Positions 41,652 through 56,913 of a stretch of DNA of 64,000 nucleotides are shown piece after piece. The stretch is from the human T2T-CHM13v2.0 reference genome, Homo sapiens. Under the pieces are notes generated by a model, which saw only the letters and a list, made by a program, of their open reading frames with translations, was not told the origin of the DNA and did not search any database. The position numbers and the translations under genes are program-made. The stretch lies in NCBI RefSeq assembly GCF_009914755.1, contig NC_060933.1; one strand, written 5' to 3'. Numbering within the stretch: the first letter of the stretch is position 1; every line of letters starts with the position of its first letter.

Positions 41652-42009
41652 TTGTCTTGGTCAGTTCAGGCTGCTTTAACAAAGTAGCATACACTGTGTG
41701 GCTATAAACAACAGAAATTTATTTCTCGGAATTCTGAAGGCTGGAAAGTTCAAATACAAGATATTGGCAGACTCAGTGTTTGTTGAAGGGCTGCCTCCTG
41801 GTTCAGAGAGCTGTCATTCTACTACGTCTTCATGTGGCAGAAGCAGGAGAGAACTCTCTGGATTCTTTTATAGGGCACTAATCACATTCATGAGGGCTCC
41901 ATCCTCATGACGTAATAACTTCACAAAGGTCCTACCTCCTTATACCATCACACTGGGGGTTAGGTTTCAAATATATGAATTTTAGGATACAAACAGTTAG
42001 CCCATAGCA
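41652..42009 (-). mobile_element. MLT1A/B MaLR solo LTR
   Basis: aaacaacagaaatttatttctc...agggcactaatcacattcatgagggc...cccatagca. Confidence 0.85.
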
Positions 42010-42494
42010 AACCTCTTCACTTATTTTTTATTTTTATTTTTTTACTGTATTGCTCCTTATGCATCTTTGCAATCATTTTCAATCCTTACTAAAAGGCAGC
42101 AAGGAATAAATTAATAACGACCAAAAAACCAGACATTCATGGAAAACTTTCAACATTACAGTTAGGGGACTGAGCTTCATGAGACTCAGATACTTTTCCT
42201 CAAACCAGAGAAACTGGTATTAGAAGCTGGCTGTCTCGTCTACCCCAAAGACTGTGCTTGTTCCATGTGCACGTACTATCTCAGCCATATCCTAACGACT
42301 TCTCTGTCCATGGGATCTCTTCATTTTTAAAGCAATAGCTGCAGCCTGCCCTAAAGTTGAGTAGGCTCTAGAAGCTTAAAGAGCCATTAAATAAAACAGA
42401 TTTTAAAAAATTCTAAGGATATGATGGAAAAGGATTTCACAATAATCACTGTGATATGCCTGTAGATAAGTTCAGTCCAAATGAAAAGCCATAC

Positions 42495-42522
42495 TTAGAA
42501 TTTCCCCGCCACCTAGGGTCCA
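42495..42522 (-). CDS. Candidate micro-exon C (28 nt, phase 1-2): (V)DPRWRGNS
   Basis: gtgcttttacag|tggacc...ttctaa|gtatgg; frame stays open. Confidence 0.4.
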
Positions 42523-42639
42523 CTGTAAAAGCACTCTATGCTATTCAGACACTTACAATTTTATTATATAAATAATGATGACAATAATCACATCAGTCAG
42601 CAACAATAAAATGTGATTGCAATGTCAGCAGCAACAAAA

Positions 42640-42870
42640 GTCTCCAATGATGGGGTGCCTAATATGTGCTGAGCACTTTATATATATTCATTTAATTAAT
42701 TTTCATAATAACTCTTCAAGGCTGCTGTTACTTTACAGATGAGAAAATTGGAGCTAAAAGTGATAAAGCAACTTGCCTAAGTTCACAACTGGCAAATTAT
42801 GGAATCCAGATTCATCTCTAAATCTAGTTGACCCCAGATCGCATGCTCTTTTTGTCCTCAACATTGTCTC
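42640..42870 (-). mobile_element. MIR
   Basis: tttacagatgagaaaattggagct...aacttgcctaagttcaca. Confidence 0.7.
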
Positions 42871-43388
42871 CCATCTGTTTGAAGTGTGCAACTGTATAAT
42901 TCATAATAATTCATTGTACTTTGACATTTATTAGACATCTACTATGAGGGTTGTGCTAGATAATGACGATGTTAAGATGGATATGGCTCCGTCCTGACAC
43001 TAAGAGATGCACAATTTAGTAAATAAGACAAGGCCACTACCTACAATTGTGTAGGCTGTTTTTCTGCAACTTCATTAATCACCATCCATACAAACTTCAA
43101 GCAAATAGTTCCATCTTGAGCTGGGCAACAAAGCAGTCCAGAGAAAGACAAACCCATATACAACCAAGTCATTCATTTTAAGTGACAAAGAGACTTAGTT
43201 ATTATGTCTTAACCCATTTCACTAACCCAAAGAAGAGACTAATTAGAAATTTGGGCAGTGAGGAAGAGTCTAGGAGGGAGATCTACTTCTGGGCAGAGTG
43301 CATAGTTTCACTCACTTCATGCCCTGAGCCAGTCCTACCTGGTGCTGGGTTCAACAAAGACCTGCTGGCCATTACAGAAAGGACTTAC

Positions 43389-43418
43389 CACGGGCTCCTT
43401 CAGTAAAACTATGTACAT
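43389..43418 (-). CDS. Candidate micro-exon B (30 nt, phase 1-1): (N)VHSFTEGAR
   Basis: gtgtgtattcag|atgtac...cccgtg|gtaagt; consensus donor; frame continues from exon A. Confidence 0.45.
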
Positions 43419-43689
43419 CTGAATACACACAGATAATCATCCATTTGAAAAATGTGCTTGGAAAAAGAGAACTGTCTAGCTCATGTTGTCAGGGGCAGGA
43501 AGAATTGAACCATTCATTAGAAATAAAGACACAGCAATATGGTATGCTTTATACCCTCACTTTTTGGAAAACATTTTCAGAAGGGGAGGCAAAGCTACAA
43601 AGAAATCTTTCCTCTCCCTCAGTACGAAGACCCCTGCCCTCTTAGGAGATGTTTCTTTACATACTTATTTCCAGCATGACCTCTTTTTT

Positions 43690-43901
43690 AAAAAAAATCA
43701 CTGTTTTTTTTTTTCATTTCAATAGCTTTTGGGGCACAAGTGGTTTTTGGTTACATGGATGAATTGTATAGTGGTGAAATCTGAGATTTTAGTGCACCCG
43801 TCACCCAAGTAGTGCACATTGTACCCAGTATGTAGTTTCTATCCCTAACCCCTTCCACCTTCCCCGTTTTGAGTATCCAAGATCCATAATATCTCTCTGT
43901 A
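43690..43901 (-). mobile_element. L1PB1-like 3' end
   Basis: ggtttttggttacatggatgaattgtatagtggtgaa; imperfect TSD catg(a/g)cctcttt. Confidence 0.85.
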
Positions 43902-44286
43902 TCATGGCCTCTTTAAAAAAAAAAAAAAGGATGAGTAGGTACAGGGAGAGGCGAAGGATTTGGTTGTTGTGGGGAAAGGGAAATTAGGCAATTTGCTTAT
44001 TAGCTTATTTGCTTCTTATTCATTTATTAATTCAAGAGGATGAATATATAAATGCTTCATAAAATTCAAAAGGTAGAAAAGAATATGCAGTGAAAGTAAG
44101 TCTCCCTCATGCTTTTGACCCCCAGTCTCCAATTCCTCTCTCCAAAGGTGACCACTGTTACCAGTTGTGTACCCTTCTAGAGATACTTTATACACATACC
44201 AATCCATGTTTGGCTATATTGACATTGGGTTTAACATTCGCTCTATCCAATGTCTTGCTGTATATCATCTTAAAAAGCATATCCTG

Positions 44287-44573
44287 GGCCGGGCGCGGTG
44301 GCTCACGCCTGTAATCCCAGCACTTTGGGAGGCCGAGGCGGGTGGATCATGAGGTCAGGAGATCGAGACCATCCTGGCTAACAAGGTGAAACCCCGTCTC
44401 TACTAAAAATACAAAAAATTAGCCGGGCGCGGTGGCGGGCGCCTGTAGTCCCAGCTACTCGGGAGGCTGAGGCAGGAGAATGGCGTGAACCCGGGAAGCG
44501 GAGCTTGCAGGGAGCCGAGATTGCGCCACTGCTGTCCGCAGTCCGGCCTGGGCGACAGAGCGAGACTCCGTCT

Positions 44574-44618
<45 letters not shown>
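44287..44618 (+). mobile_element. AluYb8, full length, pure A44 run, TSD aaaaagcatatcctg
   Basis: 7-bp insertion (gctgtccgcagtcc), ggtggatcatgagg, aacaaggtg and gggaagcgg diagnostics; CpGs intact. Confidence 0.97.
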
Positions 44619-44619
<1 letters not shown>

Positions 44620-44884
44620 CATATCCTGGGTTCTGCACCTTGAATTTTTTAAACGTAACAATATATCTTGGCAATTATTCCATGTCAGTACATATAGCAG
44701 TGTTTCATCCTTTCCAATGGCTGTATGGTATTCCCTCATATGACTGTATCAGGTTTTTTTCATACCACTTGCTATTACAAAAAAACTGCAATGAACTCAT
44801 GTTACATACATTGCTGCACACATGCGTAAGTGCACATGCCTTTTCTCTCCTCTCTGGCTTATTTTACTTTCCTTTAATCTCTGG

Positions 44885-45620
44885 TTTCTGTGATTATGCT
44901 ATATTATATCTTGGAGTTTATATCTTTTTGGTTTGTTCTGCTTAGAATTCATTGGGTCTATTGAGTCAAAGATTCACCTTTCAGAAGTTACTGAAAATTA
45001 TTAGCTCTTTATCTCTTCATATATAGCCCTTGGCTCATTTTTTCTTCTTTTCTCCTTCTGGAACTCCAATTCACTGTAGGTTATACCTTCACAAACTATC
45101 GTGCGTGTCTCTTATCAACTCTTTTATGATGGTGCATGGGGCTTTGCTCTGTAGTGTCATTCTCCAGGCTCAGGTAGAGGACTTAAAGTCTAGCACCACT
45201 CTAACCCGTAAAACAGTATGGAAACAGATTAGACAAAGCTGAATTAATGAACTGTAAACACAACTTAGGCAACCTTCTTGAATGCATGAGAGAAAGAAAG
45301 AGACAGAAACCATAAAAGCAGTTAGAAGACTGATGCCAGAGCAAGAAGATCTAATACACATCTAATGTAAGCTATATGAGGAGAGAATAGAGATAATAGG
45401 GGAAGAGTCATACTTGCAAATATAATGGATAAGAACTTTCCAAACCTAATGGGAAATAGGACTCATCATAAACTAGGAGCATAAGTTGCCAGCAGGATAA
45501 GGAAAATAAATTCAATCTTTAGATACATTGCGGTGAAACTTTGGCATATCCAATCAAAGGTAAAATCAGAAAGCAGTCAGAGAATAAAACACAAATCCAT
45601 TATAAAAGAATGAAAATTAT
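44885..45620. mobile_element. Two ancient L1 ORF1/HAL1 fragments in opposite orientation (minus ~44885-45125, plus ~45225-45620)
   Basis: ttctccttctggaactccaatt (minus); aataggggaagag...aagaactttccaaa (plus). Confidence 0.5.
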
Positions 45621-45753
45621 ATTGGCATTGCCAAAAGAAAGGAAGCTGTACCTATATAAACAATTTTCAGAATCAGAAATTTTTAAAAAATACTTTTGGC
45701 TTGGAAAGTTAACTATATGGTCACAAAATATGGAATCTACTAATTCCTAATGA

Positions 45754-46102
<349 letters not shown>

Positions 46103-46534
46103 CCAAGTTTAAGTTTTATGCCAAGCTCTTTCCATGAAATCATTGACTTTAAAGCTGTATAAGACACCAGAGGTCATCTCCTTCAACTTTCTCATTTAAA
46201 ATTTGGACCTGAAGCTCAGGGAGTAAAGTGATTTTATGACTGTGTCGTTAGTTCACAGCAGATCTGGAGCTAGAACTTTAACGTCTTCCACTCCTTGCAA
46301 GTGGAAATCTGCAAAGTTAAAATTTTCTTTAGTTGCTTTCATTTGCCTTAAAACACTTATTCAAAAAAACCTAAAATCATCCACCAGTTTATATACACAC
46401 AGATTTCCCTCACAAACCCTCTTTCGCACACCAATAGTGATTACCATAGATTAGAGAAGAGACCAAAGAATGGTCAGGCCTTTTGAAACTCTTGGCCAAT
46501 CAGAAGCAGCTCATGTGTACTTTAGGGAGCTTAC

Positions 46535-46562
46535 TGCAGAGATACTCCACAGTGACTGGCAT
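46535..46562 (-). CDS. Candidate micro-exon gene, coding part of exon A (exon 46535-46574, 40 nt; ATG at 46562): MPVTVEYLC
   Basis: Minus strand reads aatctcttag|attacgTAAaaaATGccagtc...tctgca|gtaagc: AG acceptor, GTAAGC donor, in-frame stop just upstream of the ATG, A at -3. Confidence 0.4.
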
Positions 46563-46909
46563 TTTTTACGTAATCTAAGAGATTGTACACATTGTCCTTG
46601 GATTTGCTATAATTGCATTTTCATTGCTCAGCACTAGCAAGGTTCTGTTGGCTATGTTGTAGCTTTCCCATTTCTGCCTGGAGAAATCTGAGAACACACA
46701 ATCACCTTCCTTATTACTTTCAGGTGGTAATTTGTTTGACGGTCAAGATTCTAGATGTTAGCATAGATAATTAAAACAGAAATATATTTGGAAAAATCAG
46801 ATCCAAGGTATCTCTTCAACAACTAAATGAAGAAGCTCTTATTGTTAATTAAATCTACAATCATAGAGCTGAAAAGAACTCGAATTCCTTGTTGAAATTC
46901 CTTTACTTT

Positions 46910-47066
46910 TGCTCAAAGTGTTCTCCATGACCATTAGCGTCACATTACATGGAAGCTTGCTGGAAAGTTAGATCTCAGACCCCACCCCGGATACTGAGTC
47001 AGAACATGTATATCAAGATCCCAGGGTGATGTGTATGAATAAGAAAGTTTGAAAAAAAACTGTTCC
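46910..47066. mobile_element. MER5-like DNA transposon
   Basis: gctcaaagtg...atctcagacccccacc...caagatcccagggtgat...aaagtttgaaaa. Confidence 0.7.
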
Positions 47067-47939
47067 AACCATCCAAAAGTGAGGGTTGTTTATCCTGTTT
47101 TTTATACCATACCACATATATTATTTTCTTATTGTTTTATGCTAATTCATTCCTTTGTAACACATATGTATATATTCTCAGCACCTTTGCTTTTTGAAAA
47201 ATAGAATCCCTAAGAAGTGAACATACACTTGGAAATACTATTAAAGCTATTAGACATTTGAGTAAATCTCTGTCCCATTCAAAAGTAATTTCTAACACCA
47301 TTAAATTAGGCTTAATTCAATGACTGCTTCAATTACCCTTGAGGAATAGATAATTTAATGTTTTTGCTTTTTTGTGTGCATAAAGGCAAAACAAGAAACA
47401 ATCTAATCAGTTATTGAGTGAGTTTAGCTGTATGTTCCACTTGCTATCATAATAATCAATGACTTTGGAGGCATTTCCAGGTTTCCTTAATAGCACTAAG
47501 GTTTTTTTAATCTGTGCAAAAGCAGCTAATGTTTCATTTTTCAAAGTGGTTACTAAGTAGACAGATAACCCATTTAGAATTTTAAAATGTAGAACATTTT
47601 CATTGTTCTTTCACAATTAGGGAGCAACCAGGCAATGTTTTTCTAGTGCTCTTCTAATGCAGGAAAACTTTCCTTGCAAGTTTTCAAGAAATCCTAGGTT
47701 TAAAGAAAGAGTGACAAGATGACGATCTCAGAGGGTCCCCACTGTCAGTGAAATGATAATTTAGCTCCACGTTGTCACTTTAGAAAGGAATCAAAAGTCC
47801 CTTTATAAAAGGCATTAAGGGATGTGATCTGATACAGCACTTGCATTTTTACTGCAGCCACAAAAAGATGATTAAATATTTAGATCAGTATGTTTTTATA
47901 AAACACAATGAAATTTTTCAAATAATTTGAATTACTTTT

Positions 47940-48930
47940 CAACTTTAGAGAACACAAATAAGTGGGGATGGCATTATTTGTTCAATTATTGTGTTGAGAC
48001 AATTGGATAAACATTTGAGAAATAAAAATAATTACATATTTACCTGTTACTTTTCCCCCAAAATAAGTATCAGTAGATTAAAGATTCATTTGAAGAAAAA
48101 AATGAAACCATAAAAACATAACATGTAGGTAAATGGCTATATCGACTTGGGCTGTATAATAACTATATATTTTCCAGGCATGATACTACAGGCAATAGCC
48201 ATGAAAAACGAACCGAATACCTTTGGCAACATGTTCCTAAAAAGCACACAAACTTAAGACAAATTGCAAGCTGGAAAATAGGCTGTAATACATGACAAAA
48301 GGATAATATCTTTAAAGGCTCATGAAGAGTTACATAACAGCTTTTGTCTACCAAATTTGTAAAGATATTTTTCAGTATTTTAGTGAGAGTAGGTGAAGAT
48401 GCAGAGAAATAGCATTCTCATACAATAAGAGGGTAAATGATATAATATTTTATAAGGGTAATTTGGTAATATATATAAAAAGTTTTTAAATAATCATGCC
48501 CTTTGACCTAGTAATTTCAGTTTGGTGAGTTTATCCTCAGAATACAATATAGATTGTGTGGAAAGATTTAATTGCAATTCTATTCATCACAGTGCTGCTT
48601 GCACTTTTGAAAAATTAGAAAATTTTAAATGTCAAGCAATAGGGGATTAATTAAATAGATTTTAGTTCTTCTACATAAAGGAATACCATGAAATTGCCAA
48701 AAATGTTAACACAGATAGTTGTTCCTCATGTATTTCGAAACAATAAAATGTTTTACACAACTCTATAAGGAAAAAATATATACATTTCAAAAAAGTGTCT
48801 GGAAGCATGCCAATGAAGCTTTAAAAGTGTGGTTTTTTTTTCTTGGTAGGTAAAATTATGATTTATCTTCTCGCTTGTCTCCATATGAAAATTTTTCCAG
48901 TAATTAACATGCATTGTTTTTTAGTAAGAA
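47940..48930 (+). mobile_element. Ancient L1ME 3' fragment
   Basis: gggtaatttggtaatatat...catgccctttgacctagtaattt. Confidence 0.65.
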
Positions 48931-49514
48931 AAGACAAAAAAAGTTATTTCTACAAAAAAGAAAGAGCAATATAGCATATATCTCATATGCCTTGAAGTGG
49001 TAATAATAACTTAGTACTATTTTAAATGGAAAGCCACAGAAAGTGAATCGCATGTATGCATAAGGCCTTAAGATTTTGCCCTCTAGGGAATTATTAGAAA
49101 GTATTTGACACTGAATTTGGTAAGTGCATCCTCAAAAATGAGAAAATCAAGGCTGAGTGTTCTTGATTTCCCACATTTCCCTAAAAATTCACAGATTCCC
49201 CAAAAACATGAGTGTAAGTTCATAAATAGTATGGTCTATATACATATCTTCCAAACTCACTTTTAGTTAAAACTGCCATGCTGTATTTTGAGCTGTGAGC
49301 TTTCCTGAACTGACCACCTGCTTTTTTCTTCTTTTTACTTTTCTTATTTTTTTGTGGGGGGACAACTGATGATGAATTTATTAAATCATTGAAATTCCTA
49401 TCTTACTCTTTATAGGAAAACTGCCCTTAGTACGTATTTTACATTCATTTACTTTAGTGGCACATTATATTTACTGGACCTGATAGCCTCTTTAACTATT
49501 AGTATCTTTCTTTT

Positions 49515-49845
49515 TTTAATTGATAAGTAAACATTGTCTATATGGTGTAAAACATAATTTTTTGATATATATGTACGTTGTGGAATGGCTAAATCAAGCT
49601 ATTTTATATATGCATTACCTTACATAATTATTTGTGTGTATGTGTGAGTGTGGTGAGAACACTGAAAATTTACTCGCTTAGTAATTTTCAAGTATAGAAT
49701 ACATTAAAACTATGGTCACCATGATGTGTAATAGATCTCGTGAACTTCCTCCTAACAAATTTTGTGTCCTTTGACCAACATCTCCCAATTCTCCCAGCCC
49801 CTATCCTCACAAAATTGCCATTTTATCCTGTTTCTATGAAGTTTT
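49515..49845 (-). mobile_element. L1MA 3' end
   Basis: tgtggaatggctaaatcaagct...tggtgagaacact...tttgaccaacatctccca. Confidence 0.85.
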
Positions 49846-50847
49846 TTTCCTTAACTGTCTTCACCTGTTAAATTTTTCTAATAAATTCAGAACTTGAGAC
49901 TTGTGCACAGATGAGAGACCCTGAGTGTCCAGCTACCTACATACTAAAGCCACTTTCTGAAATCACAGAGGCCAAAATTTTCTTTATCCTATTTTCTCTT
50001 CTCTGACATATTTCTAACCTAGTTTCTATCACTGTGACATCTTGTGAGGACCAGGCTTTTCAGACTGTAGATCCTCAGCTTTTGAAATAGTCAGTCCTAA
50101 AATACATGTATGTATGCATACACATTTAGGGTCATAAAAATATGCCACACATACATATAATATAGGTTTAAAGTAGTATTTGGCAATAAACAGAAAATTA
50201 CTTAATAGTAACTTTGGATGTGTTTACCAGCTAATCATCAAATCATACAAATTTTTAAACTTAGATCCCCTTCATTTATTAGACACTATTCTTTGTATAA
50301 GTAGATTAAGATAAGCCCTAATTTTACCATATTTGCAGTTTTGTGGAAAATATTTCTCATTTCTGCAAGCCCTTAAGTTACTCTGGAGGGGTAACAAATT
50401 AAGAAATAATTATTCTCCATAATGGACCTATTAACAGAGCCCCACCTTACTCGTTTTTCTCTAAGGTATATTCTGGTATTTTAATTTCCTTTCTCAAGCT
50501 GATCTTTAGTCCTTATATAATGTTACACAAATATTAGCAGGAATGAATGCTTGTAGGCATTAGTTCAATTCTGCAAGCATTGATGGAGCCCCGTAATGTG
50601 CCATTCTCTGCTAACTAAGAGGATAACACAGAGCAGGAAGAAGTTGTGCTTCAAGGTGTTCATAACCTCAACTTGCAAGTCAAGTGTTGCGATATGAATA
50701 GCGTTATGGTGAGAGTGTGCACAGAAAAAGAGCCCCTGCCCAGATCTGGAGAAGAGGGCAGGGGTTCCAGGAGACTTGCAGGAGAAAACTCTAAATTAAG
50801 GCTTAAAAAATTACTACACAAAGAAGTGAGAATGTCCTGATCCAGTT

Positions 50848-50918
50848 TGACCTTGCGATCCGCCCGCCTCGGCCTCCCAGAGTGCTGGGATTACAGGCGT
50901 GAGCCACCATGCCTGGCC
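50848..50918 (-). mobile_element. Alu 5' fragment (about the first 70 nt only)
   Basis: tgaccttgcgatccgcccgcctcggcctccc...gcctggcc; the rest of the Alu is absent. Confidence 0.9.
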
Positions 50919-51494
50919 CCCGGCTCACTTTCAACAGGAATTAACTCAACTAGCAGAAGTCCAATTCCAAGAAATAGGGCCACCTTTGTTTAACCCAGGA
51001 GATTTGCTATTGGTGAAAACTCTCCCTTCTCTCTCTCTCTCCTTCCCTAAGCCCAAGCTGGGAAGGGCCTTACACCATTCTCCTTTCCACACCTTCAGTG
51101 GTAAAAGTTTCAGGAGTTGACTCTTGGATACATCACACTCAAGTCAAAGATTGGAAAGCTGAGAGAGCAACCCCTGACAGCTCAGAGGAATACCCCAGAT
51201 ATCAATGCAAAGAAATAGGAGATCTTACACTGAAAATCATAAAAGACAAATAAATGAGTAAGGGCTACTCATCCTACTCAGTCCCACCTTACCTTACCAG
51301 ACACTTTCAGTCATTTCTACTTTTCCTCTTGAGATTCGCTGTCAAATATTGGAGTTTCTTTTTGACACATATTTGTGGGGAGATTATCCATGGGATTTCA
51401 TTTGTAACTTTATAGACTCCCAAAGGGAAATTCTGTATCTTGGATTTTGCTTAATTATTATCCTTATAGCAGGGATAATAGTTACTGAAGAGAA

Positions 51495-53779
<2,285 letters not shown>

Positions 53780-53844
53780 CCAGGAAGAGTCATTATCCAA
53801 CACCCACTAACAGCAGTTAGGGTTACCACTCCTGAGAGGGGAAA

Positions 53845-54488
53845 TAATGCAGGAGCTAAAAAGAAATTATTTAGGCAGTTAGTAAGGGTAAAGGAGTCCT
53901 CGGCAAGGCTTCCCTTTAACAAAAAGCTGCCCCCAGATCATTTCTTTTCAACAAAAAGCAGCCTGTAAAATCGAGCCGCAGATGGAGACAAGCAGGTTCG
54001 AAGCTTGCATGGGTGAATGCCGCCAGCTGTACCAACAGGAAAAGGCTAGCTGGGGGCCAGGCAGGTTCAACATGGAGGCTCCATCTTCCCTTTTCCTTGT
54101 CAACTACTTGTGCAATAAAGGAACAGGCATCGTGGTGCCAGCCAGGTAGAGAACCCATCTGCATAATAAAAGATTAGGGTGGGGCGGCCAGCTCCTTCAC
54201 ACACTATGCAAATGGCATACCTGGTCTAACCAATCTCTCGTGCCCTATGTAAATCAGACACCGCCTCCTCAAGCTCATCTATAAAAACTCCTGCACTTCA
54301 CCACAGGCTGGAAGACCGGCTCGGGAGCCCCTCTCCCTCTGCAGGAGAGAGAGCTTTTCGCTTTTTCTGTTTCCTCTCACCTACCAAACCCCTGCTCTTA
54401 AACTCACTTCTTGTGTGTCTCATCCTTGATTTCCTTGGCGTGAGATAATGAACCTTGGGTATTTACTCCAGACAATGACACCACTTCA
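53845..54488 (+). mobile_element. 3' LTR, PABL_A/B-like (~640 bp)
   Basis: aggagctaaaaagaaattatttaggcag...gcagcctgtaaaatcgagc; ctataaaa TATA-like box; ends ...ccacttca. Confidence 0.75.
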
Positions 54489-55992
54489 CTGCTATGGACC
54501 TTCTTGTATAAGTTTTTGCTTGAACATATGTTTTCGATTCTCTTGAATATATCTAGGAGTACAATTGCTAAGTCATACGATATCTCTCTGTTAAATTTTT
54601 AAGAAACTGCCGAACTATTTTCTACTAGGTTCACACCATTTTACATTACCCCCAGCAATGTATGAGGCTTTCAATTTTTCCACATCCTCCCGAACACTAA
54701 TCATTGTCCATTTGTGTTTATTATTATTATTATAGCTATTCTAATGGGAGTGAAGTGTATCTTATTCTGGTTCTGACTTGCATTTCTCTAATGATTAATG
54801 GCAGTGAGCATCTTTTGATGTGCTTATTGGTCATGTTATATTTTCTTTGGAGAAATGGCCATTCAAAGCAAATGTTTTTAATTTTCAGCAAGTCCAGTTT
54901 ATCTGTCTTTTCTTTAGTGGCTTGTGCTTTAGGTATTATATCTAAGAAACCACCATGAAATCCAAACTCACAAAGATTTAGTCCTATGTTTTCTTTCAAA
55001 AGTTTTAAAGTTTTAACTCTTACACTTAGGCCTTTCATCTACTTTTAGTTAATTTTTTGCTATAATGAACAGATCCAAGTTACTTTCTTCAGATATCTAG
55101 TTGTCCCTGAACTATTTGCTGAAAAGGCTTTCTTTTCCCCCATTAAATTGACTCGTCACCTTTCCCAAAAATCAATAGACATATTCATTTATTTTTGGAC
55201 TCCCAATTCCAGTCTATTGTCTATCTTTATGCCAGTATTATACTGTCTTGATTACAGTAGTTTTGTAGTAAGTTTTAGAACTTGGAACTGTGAGTCCTCC
55301 AACTTTTTGTTTGTTTGTTTGTTTGTTTGTTTGAGGCTTTTTTTGTGTGTGTATTTCAGGCCCCTTACATTTCCATATGTACTTTAGGATCAACTTATCC
55401 CTTTCTGCAAGAGTCAGTTGGATTTTTTATAGGGATTATACTGAATCTGTAGATAAATTTCAAGAGTATCCTCATTTTAAAGATATTAAGTCTCCCAATC
55501 CATGAACATGAGGTGTCTTCGATTTATTTATATCTTATTTAATTTCTTTCAAAAGTGTTTTGTAGTTTTTAGTGTACAAGTCTCACATTTTTTGTTAAAT
55601 TTATTTCTAAATATTTTTTCTTTTATTCAAATAATTTGGAATTTTTTGAATATCACTGTTAGATTTGTCATAGCTATTGTAGAGAAATGCAACTGATTCT
55701 TACATCCTACTTATGTCCTTGATCTTACATCCTACAAACTTGCTGAACTACTTTATTAGATCTTAGAAGTTTTTTATGGGTACCAGTGGATTTTTTCTGT
55801 ATACAAGTAGAGATAATTTTACTTTTTCCTTTTCACTCTGGATGCCTTTTATTTCCTTTTTTTGTCTAAATGCCTTGACTAGAACCCCAGCACAATGTTG
55901 AATAGAACTGGTGAAAACAGACATCTTTGTGTTGCTCTCAGTCTTTGGAGGAAAGTTTTAAGTGTTTCCCCAGCAGGTGTGCTCTTAGCTAT
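54489..55992 (-). mobile_element. L1MB/MC ORF2-3' region (host of the ERV)
   Basis: ttgcatttctctaatgatta, tgaatctgtagataaattt, acaatgttgaatagaactggtga. Confidence 0.85.
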
Positions 55993-56597
55993 ACTTGAAG
56001 GATTTTAAGAAGTAGATTGAAGGGTTGCAAGACTGGAAGCATGGAGACGCAACGTACCTGGAAAGTTTACTTCCTTTGCTTTATAAACTAAGGCCAATTA
56101 CATTTTTACGATATTTAGTGTCTGCAGTGTTTCTTAGTGTATTGTTTCTCTCCACGCTCTATCCTCCCTACAAGGAAGGGGCGGCTCCTATCCTCCTGTT
56201 TCTAACAAGATCACTTCTCTCCCAGACTACCACACCACCTTTCCAGAAAGGCTGAAACACTATCTCATAGTCTCAGTCACTCAGAGAACAGCAGTTTCCC
56301 CCAAGAGAACTTTTCTTATCTCTTTGCTGCTACACCACTAGGAACTGTAGAAGAGAGCAGTGGCCCACTGGCCCCATATCTTCCAGCTGATTGCCCACTT
56401 TGCTCGTGTTCAGGATTTGTCCCATTATGCCTCACACTGCCATTACCTTATGTAGCACTAGGATTTCAAGCATTGTAGGTCTTTCAGTGATTTGACCTGG
56501 TGTTCCATAATTCAATGGTCATCGACACCCCTGAAGTAGACTCTTCTTTTCCTCAATTACCTCCACTTTTTTTCTGAAGTTCCCCTCATCTTCTTTT

Positions 56598-56913
56598 TCC
56601 TTCTTTTTTTTTTTTTTTTTTTGAGATGGTGTTTTGCTCTTGTTGCCCAGGCAGGTGTGCAGTAGCACAATCTTGTCTCACTGCTGATTGCTTGAGCCTC
56701 CTAGGTGCAAGCAATTCTCCTGCCTCAGCCTCCTGAGTAGCTGGGATTACAGGCATGTGTCACCACACCCGGCTAATTTTGTATTTTTAGCAGAGACAGG
56801 GTTTCACCATGTTGGTTTGGTCAGGCTGGTCTTGAACTCCTGACCTCAGGTGATCCACCTGCCTTGGCCTGCCAAAGTGCTGGGATTACAGCCATGAGCC
56901 ACCGAGCCCGGCT
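56598..56913 (-). mobile_element. AluSq/Sp with a local rearrangement
   Basis: TSD ctcatcttctttt; gctcttgttgcc diagnostic. Confidence 0.93.

Noticed and set aside
44455-44945. Poly-Lys and poly-Phe ORFs, and other Alu-derived ORFs in the track
   Set aside because: Translations of Alu bodies and A-tails.
56058-56087. 30-nt segment ending CAG|GTACGT on the minus strand
   Set aside because: Poor polypyrimidine tract and no link to the other exons.
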